Shown: positions 41,070-50,167 of the stretch, piece by piece
How the letters are laid out: every line of letters starts with the position of its first letter
Position numbering within the stretch: position 1 is the stretch's first letter
Origin: Candidatus Babelota bacterium
GTDB lineage: Bacteria; Babelota; Babeliae; Babelales; CAIQNR01
Length of the DNA: 64,000 bases
Reading direction: 5' to 3'
NCBI GenBank assembly: GCA_965658655.1
Contig: CBFHTA010000002.1
Span: 160,001-224,000 of the forward strand
Notes under the pieces: model-generated
What the model was told of the DNA's origin: nothing
The model's input: the letters and a program-made list of their open reading frames with translations, nothing else
Database searches by the model: none
Made by a program: the position numbers and the translations under genes

Positions 41070-42737
41070 ATGTATAGAAAGTTTCTAGGGTTATTGTTTA
41101 TAAGCATTGCGATTCAACCACTTAATGGAATGCAACAAATAATTCGTGGGACTATTCGTACTGGAACACAGGTTTTGCGTCAACAAGTTGAACGCAAAAT
41201 TCCACATACACCCCAATCACTACCAATACAAACAGCTGCTCTTACTACTGCACGTAATACACAATCTGGAAACAATCACCAAAAAAAATCATGGATTCCT
41301 CATTTTGCTGGTACAACAGGAATTGCCGCAGTATCTGTAGCTTTTGCAAATATACATGATACAGATAAAGAAAATTCATTTTATATAAAAAATATTATTG
41401 CTTTAATAGATCTAGGTATTTTACCGAAAAAAACTAACCGGAAATTAACAGATCAAGTTTTAGATTATTGTTTTGCAAATCACACACTTCATACATTAGA
41501 TCCCAATTTTTTGTATACTGCCATGCTATTTAAAACAAAATATGAAGTTTTATCTCTTAATGAACTCAATTATTACTGTTCTAATTTAGATAAATTAAAA
41601 TTATTACCCTATCAATCCTTTGATGCTTTACTCAATTCTGCTTATTGGCATAAAGAAAAATTCCCCTCTCTAATGGAAGCATTCACTTACTATTATACCA
41701 CTCAACAAATACAAGAATTAGATTTCGCCCTCACTCATCTCACTGAAGAAGAAAAAAAATTCTTCCTTCAAACTGACATCTTCACTCAATCAATAACACC
41801 TACAAGTCAACAGATTAAAACTAGTTTAACACAAGATTTCAAATCTTATAGAAACTATAATCCAGAAGCTGAAATGATCTATCGAAATATTGTTCTTAAT
41901 CATCCTGAAACTAAAGAACTTGCTGTTATGATTAACGATTTTTCTCATCAAAAATACCAAGAAAATAAAATTACTTTCTTTCATGGACAATCTTGGAAAT
42001 GGAATCTTTACGAAACAGTTTTTAACAGACTTACACAATATTTAGGAAAAGAAGTACAAGAAACTTTTAAATTTCCGAGATATACATCACAAATTACCCA
42101 AGAACAAGCAGATAGAATTCATAGAACAGGGGTAAATGAAAAAAATTCTCCTGATAGAGAACACATTCTTTTTACTAATCTTTGTCTTTTTGATAATCGT
42201 GCCCCCTCTAACTCTATGTTTTACTTTTTAAACAACTTTGATCAAAAACATAAAGAAGCATTTGATTTACATTCTACAATTGAAGGAATCGTAGACTTAT
42301 TCAAACAATACGATTTAGAACAAGAAGCTAGAAAAGTTATCTCTAAAAATAAATCTATTTTGAAATCAATTTTTGAACTTCATCAACAAGCGTCACCAGA
42401 ACGAGGCACTATATTAAGTATTTCTATTCCAGAAGCACTCGTCCCCTCTGTTGTTTACAGCACCTATATGGGGCCTGGATACAGAGGAAGCACAGAGGTT
42501 GCAATAGAAGCAGCTAAAAATTGGTCTAAAAAATATAAATATGAAGAATATGTAATTGTACTTGGTCCACTATTTACTTCTGCTCAAAAAGCAAAAGAAG
42601 AAGGAATCGAAATACACTCCTGGAACGTTGCCAACCCCGATCTCATAACAAAACGAGATAAGCTTATTGATAAAATTATTCAAGAAATTGTTAAACTTAA
42701 AAAAGACAATCCTGTAACATCGGTAATTAAAAAATAA
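41070..42737 (+). CDS. exported hypothetical protein whose C-terminus is copied from the upstream pseudouridine synthase
   Basis: Signal peptide MYRKFLGLLFISIAIQPLNG; ends EIVKLKKDNPVTSVIKK*; ORF track starts at 41055. Confidence 0.85.
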   Translation: MYRKFLGLLFISIAIQPLNGMQQIIRGTIRTGTQVLRQQVERKIPHTPQSLPIQTAALTTARNTQSGNNHQKKSWIPHFAGTTGIAAVSVAFANIHDTDKENSFYIKNIIALIDLGILPKKTNRKLTDQVLDYCFANHTLHTLDPNFLYTAMLFKTKYEVLSLNELNYYCSNLDKLKLLPYQSFDALLNSAYWHKEKFPSLMEAFTYYYTTQQIQELDFALTHLTEEEKKFFLQTDIFTQSITPTSQQIKTSLTQDFKSYRNYNPEAEMIYRNIVLNHPETKELAVMINDFSHQKYQENKITFFHGQSWKWNLYETVFNRLTQYLGKEVQETFKFPRYTSQITQEQADRIHRTGVNEKNSPDREHILFTNLCLFDNRAPSNSMFYFLNNFDQKHKEAFDLHSTIEGIVDLFKQYDLEQEARKVISKNKSILKSIFELHQQASPERGTILSISIPEALVPSVVYSTYMGPGYRGSTEVAIEAAKNWSKKYKYEEYVIVLGPLFTSAQKAKEEGIEIHSWNVANPDLITKRDKLIDKIIQEIVKLKKDNPVTSVIKK

Positions 42738-42898
42738 GCTTCGGGTAAAGATTGTCATACTTTCAAATAACTCTATATCTAAATAGTAAAGCAAAACTCA
42801 CACTTTCAAAAAGCAACAAGTCTTGATCATGAAATAAATACCCAAAGCTGAGTTTAAGAAAATAGAACAACTAATACGAGTATTTGCAAAAGATAAGA

Positions 42899-42950
42899 AG
42901 TAAATGAGAATATTTTCAGCACTCTTTTTTAAATCTTTCTCTCATTTACT
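42899..42950. terminator. inverted repeat between convergent genes
   Basis: agtaaatgaga / tctcatttact (11 bp). Confidence 0.35.
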
Positions 42951-43047
42951 GTGCGACAAACCCCACTCAAGAAATTTATTAACTGCCTATGGGGTGGATT
43001 ATAAAAAATATAACGCTAAATATAAAAGTGACGAAAATTAACGTTTC

Positions 43048-45885
43048 TTATTGAATTTCATCCCATGGAATAACTGGTTGCACAAGAGAATAGTTTTCGA
43101 ATAATGGTTCAGAAAGTTTAATACCAAAATACTTAGGTAATGTAACCCGTTCGAGCAATTGTAAGGTGGCAGCAAAATCTTGCTTATTACCTTTACGTGT
43201 TACAATCCATACATCAGGGTCTTTAACCAACATTTCAAGCGTTGCAATAGCACGCACCCATAAACGAATACCATACCATCTCTGAGTATTGCGCTTGACT
43301 GTTTTAACAGTAGATACACTATAAGATTTTTGAGAAACTTGTGACCAAGTATTATGCGATTCTATGAAATCAAATACTTGAGAGCTCGTTAATGCAACGT
43401 TATCAAAGCCATCAGCGTCACATTCCTTTTTGTATTCCATCAAATATTTACGTATTAAGCCACTACGGTTATAATCACAGCCAAATGCATAGAGGCCCCA
43501 ATACGTCTCTGCGGTGTGCCATTGAGTACAATAAGAAACTTCATCTAACGATACCCAATCAACGTCTTTTATACGAACATAATTATTACATAATTGAAGC
43601 GTTCGAGAAAGAAAACGGGGTTTATCTTCAGCCGGTACTCCTGTTTTTTGTAAGCAAACCATTTTATTATTTCTTTCTACCACTGCTACAGGAAGCACCG
43701 AATGTTTTACATTTGGCAAAACAAAGCAACCTTGATCGTATTTCTCCACATATAAAAGGTTACTCAATGCTGCGTACCATTGAGATCGCAAGGCTTTAAA
43801 GAATGGTATAAGTTTTACACTTTCTCGAGATCCCGATTCAAAACTATATAATGGCTTCATATTTGCATGAATGCCAACATCTTTCCACAATTCATTAATC
43901 AATACATTTTCAACATTATATTCAAAAAGATCTGAAACAAATTGAGAGAACTTTACTAATGGATTGAATGAGAATTTCACAAAGGTTTCATAATTTTTAT
44001 CTTGAGCATACTTTTTCACTGCTTCAAACTCTTGGTCAACTTTTTTCTGCGTAATGTCTTGTAAATACAAATCATGCTCTTGTTGAACGCTTTTAACCTC
44101 TTGGAAAAGCTTATCCGTAATGTCTTTATGGGAGAGCGCCACAATATCGCCTTTACTATGCTCTTTAAACAAATTATAAAGAGCTGTACGCAAAAGTGTT
44201 TCACAATAAAGAGCGTCAGCAACTTGTCCTCGAGATTCAGACAATAACTGAAAAAGCTCTGGACCTCGATTAACCAGTGACTTATACAAGCTTTTATCTA
44301 CAAAAAATCCGTCTGGGAAAAGTGCTCGCAGCTGCTGCATCAAGAAATTAATACGCACATTTTCTCGAGAAGAACGAGGATACATACTCAAAAAATCAAC
44401 AAATACTAACTTTTCAATACCAGCTTTTTTACACTTGGTTACCACATCATCCATAAATGATGAATAATACATTGGTAACAATAGACCTTTAGTAAAAAGC
44501 ATCTGTTCCGGATACACCACCTTAAGACCTCGAGAGTGTACACCGTCTAACGGTACTAAACATTTAATATGATGTTGATTTTGTATATCAAAAATAAAAA
44601 GTTGCTCTTCATACTCAAAAGGAATCCATCGAATATTAGACCCAAATAATTTTACGTTTTTTGCATACACATCATACAGACGCATAGGGTTACCTAATGG
44701 CTCTAATAACTTATTCTGAAATCTATCTTGATACGTTTTCGCTTGGTTTTGTACAACAACAGAAAGTTCTTTTTTTTGCGCTTCAAATTCTTTTACACTG
44801 GTTACGTCTACAAATACATGCCCATCTGGTTTGCTCACCCAATGGCTTAATTGCGCCGGCAAATCAAGAATAAAAACATCATCTTGTAGCTGAAACAACG
44901 TACCTCTTTGAGAAGAAGAATTATCAACACGCTCATAATTTTCTATCTGTGAACCATGCCTTGAGTAATTGACTACGTTACCCAAAAGGGTACTTTTACC
45001 TACCCCGTCAACAAAACTACAAAAGATGTAAGCTGTTTTTTTATTATCTCGTGGAGTAAGTGTAGCGGTAAATTGTTTCACAAAATGTTGAGCAGACTCG
45101 GTTACTCTTTGCTCCTGAAATGGCAATACCTCTATAGGATAAGTAATATCGGGTCCCACATACATTTTTTCAATAGGTATGGTAGTGGTCTCTGTTAAGT
45201 GTTTTGCGTAATCAACTGAAAATAAAATATCTTGCGTTGCTAGTACTTCTTGGCCAAAACTTTTCAGTTCTCCTCCATAAAGACGTTCCCAAAATGTTAC
45301 CAGACAATGCAACGTATCCTTTACGTTTCGCTTTTTTATAGTTTCTTCTATTTTATTTCGAGCTTTTAAAACAGCTTCAAAATCTTTACCAAAAGCGTGC
45401 TTCTGGAACAAATAAGCTTTATCATCAAACAATTCCACACGATCAGCGGAAACATGGTCTATCGTTAAAGGCCTGTCTCCAAACCATTGTCGTTGTAGCC
45501 AATTGCAATCTTTTAATAGAAACCCTGTTAAAAATCCAAAAATGTTATGAGCAGGGACAACGCGGCCCTTTTTTGTTTTTAAAGAAATTTCATCGTCAAT
45601 AGGATGAGCATGCATATTTGAATAATAACTTGGTACCCCTTCTTGCTGGTATCCCATAATTACAATACGATCTTGAAGATCAAATCCTGCATCATCCAAA
45701 CGAGACTCTAACTCCTTTAAACAAGCACGTGTTTGGTTCAATAGAAAGGGATGATACTCATGCGTATAACGCCCTTCTGGAGAAAAATCATAGTGAGACA
45801 CAAAGCTTTTAATAAATTTTCTCTGTGGTGATTGTGCAAAAAGAGAGCTCATAAAAACAAGGAGTAATATTATTGTACTTTTCAA
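43048..45885 (-). CDS. large exported protein with P-loop-like motif
   Basis: 945 aa; signal peptide; IFCSFVDGVGKSTLL (Walker A-like), FILDLP (Walker B/G3-like). Confidence 0.75.
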   Translation of the reverse strand: MKSTIILLLVFMSSLFAQSPQRKFIKSFVSHYDFSPEGRYTHEYHPFLLNQTRACLKELESRLDDAGFDLQDRIVIMGYQQEGVPSYYSNMHAHPIDDEISLKTKKGRVVPAHNIFGFLTGFLLKDCNWLQRQWFGDRPLTIDHVSADRVELFDDKAYLFQKHAFGKDFEAVLKARNKIEETIKKRNVKDTLHCLVTFWERLYGGELKSFGQEVLATQDILFSVDYAKHLTETTTIPIEKMYVGPDITYPIEVLPFQEQRVTESAQHFVKQFTATLTPRDNKKTAYIFCSFVDGVGKSTLLGNVVNYSRHGSQIENYERVDNSSSQRGTLFQLQDDVFILDLPAQLSHWVSKPDGHVFVDVTSVKEFEAQKKELSVVVQNQAKTYQDRFQNKLLEPLGNPMRLYDVYAKNVKLFGSNIRWIPFEYEEQLFIFDIQNQHHIKCLVPLDGVHSRGLKVVYPEQMLFTKGLLLPMYYSSFMDDVVTKCKKAGIEKLVFVDFLSMYPRSSRENVRINFLMQQLRALFPDGFFVDKSLYKSLVNRGPELFQLLSESRGQVADALYCETLLRTALYNLFKEHSKGDIVALSHKDITDKLFQEVKSVQQEHDLYLQDITQKKVDQEFEAVKKYAQDKNYETFVKFSFNPLVKFSQFVSDLFEYNVENVLINELWKDVGIHANMKPLYSFESGSRESVKLIPFFKALRSQWYAALSNLLYVEKYDQGCFVLPNVKHSVLPVAVVERNNKMVCLQKTGVPAEDKPRFLSRTLQLCNNYVRIKDVDWVSLDEVSYCTQWHTAETYWGLYAFGCDYNRSGLIRKYLMEYKKECDADGFDNVALTSSQVFDFIESHNTWSQVSQKSYSVSTVKTVKRNTQRWYGIRLWVRAIATLEMLVKDPDVWIVTRKGNKQDFAATLQLLERVTLPKYFGIKLSEPLFENYSLVQPVIPWDEIQ

Positions 45886-46568
45886 ATATCCTCCAGTTTT
45901 CGTTTCTCCGATATAAGCATTTGAAAGATATCTTGATAGCTTTTAAGAGATGCTCCATAACGAGCCTCATATTGAGAACCATGTAAACGCTCATAAACAA
46001 GATAAAGCTCAAACAGTGTTTTTTGTGCTTTTCTTTTATACCCTACAAAATCAGTATGACCACAATTTAACGCAGCATTATTAATACGCTCAATATAATC
46101 TGCCGCAAGTCGATCGAAGTAAAAAGCATAAAAATCATAAAAAGCATATTGAATACCATACTGTTTTGCATAATCAAAAATAGAAATATACCCCTTGGGT
46201 AAAGAACGCTGAAGCAAGTAAGTCACTGCATCTTCTTTTACATCTACAAAAAAACTAGAAAAAAACGCATCATAGACCTGACATTGATCAATAATTTCAC
46301 CTCTATGCTTATGCTCAGAATAAAGATGTTCTGATACAGCAATACAATAATGTGGTTTTTTTATTACTGCTTTAACAAAGAACGGCAATGCTTGCTTGAA
46401 TTCTGAAAGATGCATATCTAAAAACATAGGAATCACCCAAGATGGTTCAATAACATATGCATCTACTTGATCTACAAAAAGATCATAAAGAGACGGTCGA
46501 TCTTGTGTTTGAGCAGGAGTATGCATCATAATTGCACACGCAAGAATGAACGACCACCTCTCTATCAT
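45882..46568 (-). CDS. exported hypothetical protein
   Basis: 228-aa ORF, signal-like N-terminus, 4-bp overlap with the downstream gene. Confidence 0.75.
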   Translation of the reverse strand: MIERWSFILACAIMMHTPAQTQDRPSLYDLFVDQVDAYVIEPSWVIPMFLDMHLSEFKQALPFFVKAVIKKPHYCIAVSEHLYSEHKHRGEIIDQCQVYDAFFSSFFVDVKEDAVTYLLQRSLPKGYISIFDYAKQYGIQYAFYDFYAFYFDRLAADYIERINNAALNCGHTDFVGYKRKAQKTLFELYLVYERLHGSQYEARYGASLKSYQDIFQMLISEKRKLEDI

Positions 46569-46574
46569 GTTAAT

Positions 46575-47639
46575 CTATATTTCTTTTGTAAAAGGAGAGC
46601 CAACTTCATCAAAAATATCTTCTCGTGCCGCATGTTCATTTACACAGAAACTATCTTGTTCTGACCGTAAACGCTCTCTGAACGATTTAATGTATACAGG
46701 AATTTCCGCATACTTAGATGAGTCGTCTAACATTGCCTGTAATTCTGAAGAGAACAGACCAACATGACGATACATATATATCGCAGATGCCTTCATCTGA
46801 ATACTGCATCCAACGTTAAGAGTTTTCACTTTATCTGCTTGATACTCCATGAATGCAATTACACGCGCTAGCTGTTTAACTAAAGCGTCTGCTGTCCAAA
46901 TCATAGATTTTTTTTGGTGCCCTCTATCTTCTTCGTCTGTTGCAAGCGGCAATAACTCTGCTGCTCTTTCTAAATCGTTAAAATAAGAAACTGCTTGTGT
47001 CTGACTCGTAACAAACCAATGAAAATCAGCATCATGATAAAAGTGTTCACCAATTCTCTCTACCTGGTTTCCCCAATAGTTAAAGAGACGAGCAATAGGG
47101 CGAGGAAGCGGCAGCACACCACTAACAACCAAAACACCCATCTGAATAACCGCGTTGTGCCCAATCATCTTACCAGTATTCCAAATATTACGCCCCCAAG
47201 CCTGCAAAAGCGTAGGAGGGGGTGTTGCTTTGGGAGCAGTTGAGTCAATACCAAGCTGCTTATTTATTCGGGATACTTGCTGCATTATTTCTTGGCTAAA
47301 GATACGTGTTAATTCAGTATTTTCTTTAATAAGAGGAATATTCTTATTGTTATCTTGAGTAAGCGGTTTATCAACTACAACAGGAGTATGGAAAGCATAC
47401 CAACCACCAGCAGCAATAACCGCTACTGTTGCGCAATTTATAACCATTCGATCATATCGATTACGAATGAGTTGCTGAGTAATTCTAGCCTTATGTAAAT
47501 CAACTAAGCGTCGATTAATTTTACTAATAGCAGTAGGAAGTTTTTGAATTGCATCTTTTGGTTCAGCAAAACAAGAAGTAAACACCAAAGAAATTAGTGT
47601 AAAATGCGTTATATATCGTTTTAAAGTATTCATGCTCAT
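46575..47639 (-). CDS. exported/membrane hypothetical protein
   Basis: 354-aa ORF, signal peptide plus two hydrophobic segments. Confidence 0.75.
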   Translation of the reverse strand: MSMNTLKRYITHFTLISLVFTSCFAEPKDAIQKLPTAISKINRRLVDLHKARITQQLIRNRYDRMVINCATVAVIAAGGWYAFHTPVVVDKPLTQDNNKNIPLIKENTELTRIFSQEIMQQVSRINKQLGIDSTAPKATPPPTLLQAWGRNIWNTGKMIGHNAVIQMGVLVVSGVLPLPRPIARLFNYWGNQVERIGEHFYHDADFHWFVTSQTQAVSYFNDLERAAELLPLATDEEDRGHQKKSMIWTADALVKQLARVIAFMEYQADKVKTLNVGCSIQMKASAIYMYRHVGLFSSELQAMLDDSSKYAEIPVYIKSFRERLRSEQDSFCVNEHAAREDIFDEVGSPFTKEI

Positions 47640-47647
47640 TTCCCTTA

Positions 47648-48532
47648 TTAATAATTAGGATACGGAGAACCATAAGGATTTGTGTAACTGTTGCCAGAGT
47701 TTTCTCGCTGTACAGTCAACTGCCCTACAGCATCTCTACCCGCAGAAGCTGTATTTGGATCAACCAAGGTTGCCACATGCTCAAAAGCATCACAAGTGCT
47801 ACTCATCATGCGTTTAACACGATCTTTATCAAGAGATGAAATCTGCTTAACATTTTGAGTGTAAGTAACAATTTCTTCTAAGTACGTTTTAAGTTCTTCT
47901 AGATAAAAAGCTATTTCTTCGTAGTATTCTGCATTGTTCTTATTAATTGTGGTCTTATGATAACGATAATATTTTAAATGAGCATTCAAACATTTAATTA
48001 TAAAATTACACTGTGTTTGTATGTGGGTTGCATATTCTTGCCAATGATCATCTAGCATTGCTTCTTCATTGTCGTCTTGATCAATAAGACGCAATCTTTT
48101 CTCTCTGCTTAAGTCCACAACCGTTGTTTGCTTTGTTAAGGGAGAAAGCGATTTCATAATACGTGCACGCCACAGAATTAATTTATTCCATGAAAGCGAC
48201 TCTCCACCATAACGTATAAATTCATAATATCTGCAAAGTCTTCTTGTTGGAACACGAACAATATCAATAGTTCCATTGAAAAATCCTTTGTTTTGTTTTT
48301 CTAATTCAGAAAGAACTACATAGACTCCAAAAATAGAAGCTGCTGCTTTCCCTGTCTCACCTTGCTCTTTAAGAACGTTTATAACAATTCCTGCTGCACC
48401 TAGGCCCATAATATGTTTTGCAAAATCACCTAACTCCGCACCCCCTGCAGGCAGCTGATTAGAACTTGCTACACAAGAAAAAAATAATGTGAAACAAAGA
48501 AAATATGAAAATAATTTATTGGAATAAATCAC
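47648..48532 (-). CDS. exported/membrane hypothetical protein
   Basis: 294-aa ORF, GTG start after ggag, signal peptide. Confidence 0.75.
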   Translation of the reverse strand: MIYSNKLFSYFLCFTLFFSCVASSNQLPAGGAELGDFAKHIMGLGAAGIVINVLKEQGETGKAAASIFGVYVVLSELEKQNKGFFNGTIDIVRVPTRRLCRYYEFIRYGGESLSWNKLILWRARIMKSLSPLTKQTTVVDLSREKRLRLIDQDDNEEAMLDDHWQEYATHIQTQCNFIIKCLNAHLKYYRYHKTTINKNNAEYYEEIAFYLEELKTYLEEIVTYTQNVKQISSLDKDRVKRMMSSTCDAFEHVATLVDPNTASAGRDAVGQLTVQRENSGNSYTNPYGSPYPNY

Positions 48533-48632
48533 GTAGAAATCTCCCTAATACCCTTAAAATACACCATTTCAGATACATTTAGTGTAGCAAAAAGGGCAAA
48601 AAATGCAATCCAAAGCTTGTTTTGGGCTTGTT

Positions 48633-49073
48633 TTAAGCTTCTAGGATAATGGTTGTTGGGCCATCGTTAATAAGCTCAACTGCCATCTCAGCTCCAAATT
48701 TTCCAGTTGCCACTTTATTGGGATGAGCTTGAGTCACTTCCTTAACAAATGTATTAAAAAGTTCTTCTGCCTTACCTGGTTCCATAGCATCTACAAAAGA
48801 AGGTCTGTTACCTTTCCTCGTATTTGCATAAAGGGTAAATTGAGAAATAAGAAGAATTTCTCCCCCAAAGTCTGCAATGTTAAGATTCATAGGTTTATGC
48901 TCATCGGGAAAGATTCTAAGCTTTAAAAGACGACCGGCCAAGTTTTTGACCGTTTCCAGCGTGTCTTCATGGGTAAGGCCCACAAGCACCATCATGCCCT
49001 TGCCAATCTCTCCAATAACCTGACCATCCACTTTTACATTCGAATTGTGTACTCTTTGAATAACTAATTTCAT
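48633..49073 (-). CDS. dtd: D-aminoacyl-tRNA deacylase
   Basis: MKLVIQRV, SQFTL, KGNRPSF, TGKFGAEM.V.LINDGP. Confidence 0.97.
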   Translation of the reverse strand: MKLVIQRVHNSNVKVDGQVIGEIGKGMMVLVGLTHEDTLETVKNLAGRLLKLRIFPDEHKPMNLNIADFGGEILLISQFTLYANTRKGNRPSFVDAMEPGKAEELFNTFVKEVTQAHPNKVATGKFGAEMAVELINDGPTTIILEA

Positions 49074-49136
49074 TTCTTACTTTCTATCCTATTTAAAATA
49101 TCTTTCCTAATAGGATAACGAGTAAAAGGAAAAACT

Positions 49137-49575
49137 CTAACCTTCTCTATACAAACGAATTTTTTCGCTTTCAACTTCAAGAATAATTTTATTGGGTCTT
49201 TCTTTGTGCAATCGAAACCATGCAGAGATCATGTTCAAAAACTCATTCACCGTTGTTTTGTATGCATTTGGATCTGGATATTCATCAAAATCTGGATCAA
49301 CAAACCATCCAATTAAAACAAAATTACCTTCTTTTTGTTGTTTAAATACTACCTTGTACTTATCAATACTCTTTCTTGCTTCTAATATCTTTTTAACAAC
49401 TTCTTGTCTTGTCCAATCGGAAGGAAAGAATGTAGACCATTTTGGTTCTTTTCCAAACATTCCCCATTTAAACTTATATACACCATTTTTATCTTGAACC
49501 ATTTCTAAAATTTCTATGGGTTGGCCCAAAAACTTTTTATTTTTAAAATTTGTCTTTTTCAAATCATGATGCCAA
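49137..49575 (-). pseudogene. orphan EndoU toxin-tip fragment fused to an immunity-gene C-terminal fragment
   Basis: WHHDLKK...STFFPSDWTRQEVVKKILEARK homologous to ~50270-50516; tail resembles the C-terminus of 49718..50158; no proper 5' end. Confidence 0.75.
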
Positions 49576-49663
49576 GCCGTCTTGGCCCCTCCTTCGCATA
49601 AAGCTTTCGCGCGCGCGGCAAGGCGGAGTTTATCCTGAGCAAAGTCGAAGGGCCGGACACGGC
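49576..49663. mobile_element. GC-rich MITE/REP-like insert
   Basis: GC-rich ~88 bp; imperfect terminal inverted repeats gccgtcttggccc / gggccggacacggc; sits exactly where toxin homology stops. Confidence 0.55.
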
Positions 49664-49717
49664 CATTTTTTTAAAGGAAAACATTCTGAGAGAGAATCAA
49701 CTTTACCCGCTTAGCCC

Positions 49718-50158
49718 CTAATCAAGAACATCTTCTCCAGCAAGATTTTTTGTAGGTGCATCTTCTGCATACACACGAATATTATTATCATCTGATAATT
49801 CAAGAGTAATACGATTCTTATCTTCTCCATAAGCCCATATCCATTGCTTTATTCCATTCAAAAGTTTTTCTTTTGGAATAACAACAGAAGGAGGTTCTTC
49901 GGGTGCATATTCATACCCTATAAGAATATTGTTCCTTTCAAATTCACAGTCAAACATATTCGTTGCAAACGGAGTATTTTTTTTAATTCTCTCAAGCATT
50001 CGAGCTGTTTCTTCAGGATTCCCCACTATACCATCTAAAAACAACTGCATTAAAGTTCCAGCTTTTGTATCTGACCCCTGCCATATGTGATAACAATATT
50101 TTCCTTTTGTTTCACTAGAAACAGGATAAAAAGTCTTTGTACATACCGATTTCTTCAT
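49718..50158 (-). CDS. putative cognate immunity protein
   Basis: 146-aa ORF without signal peptide, 9 bp downstream of the toxin stop; partial homolog within the orphan module. Confidence 0.7.
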   Translation of the reverse strand: MKKSVCTKTFYPVSSETKGKYCYHIWQGSDTKAGTLMQLFLDGIVGNPEETARMLERIKKNTPFATNMFDCEFERNNILIGYEYAPEEPPSVVIPKEKLLNGIKQWIWAYGEDKNRITLELSDDNNIRVYAEDAPTKNLAGEDVLD

Positions 50159-50167
50159 ATTTACCTT

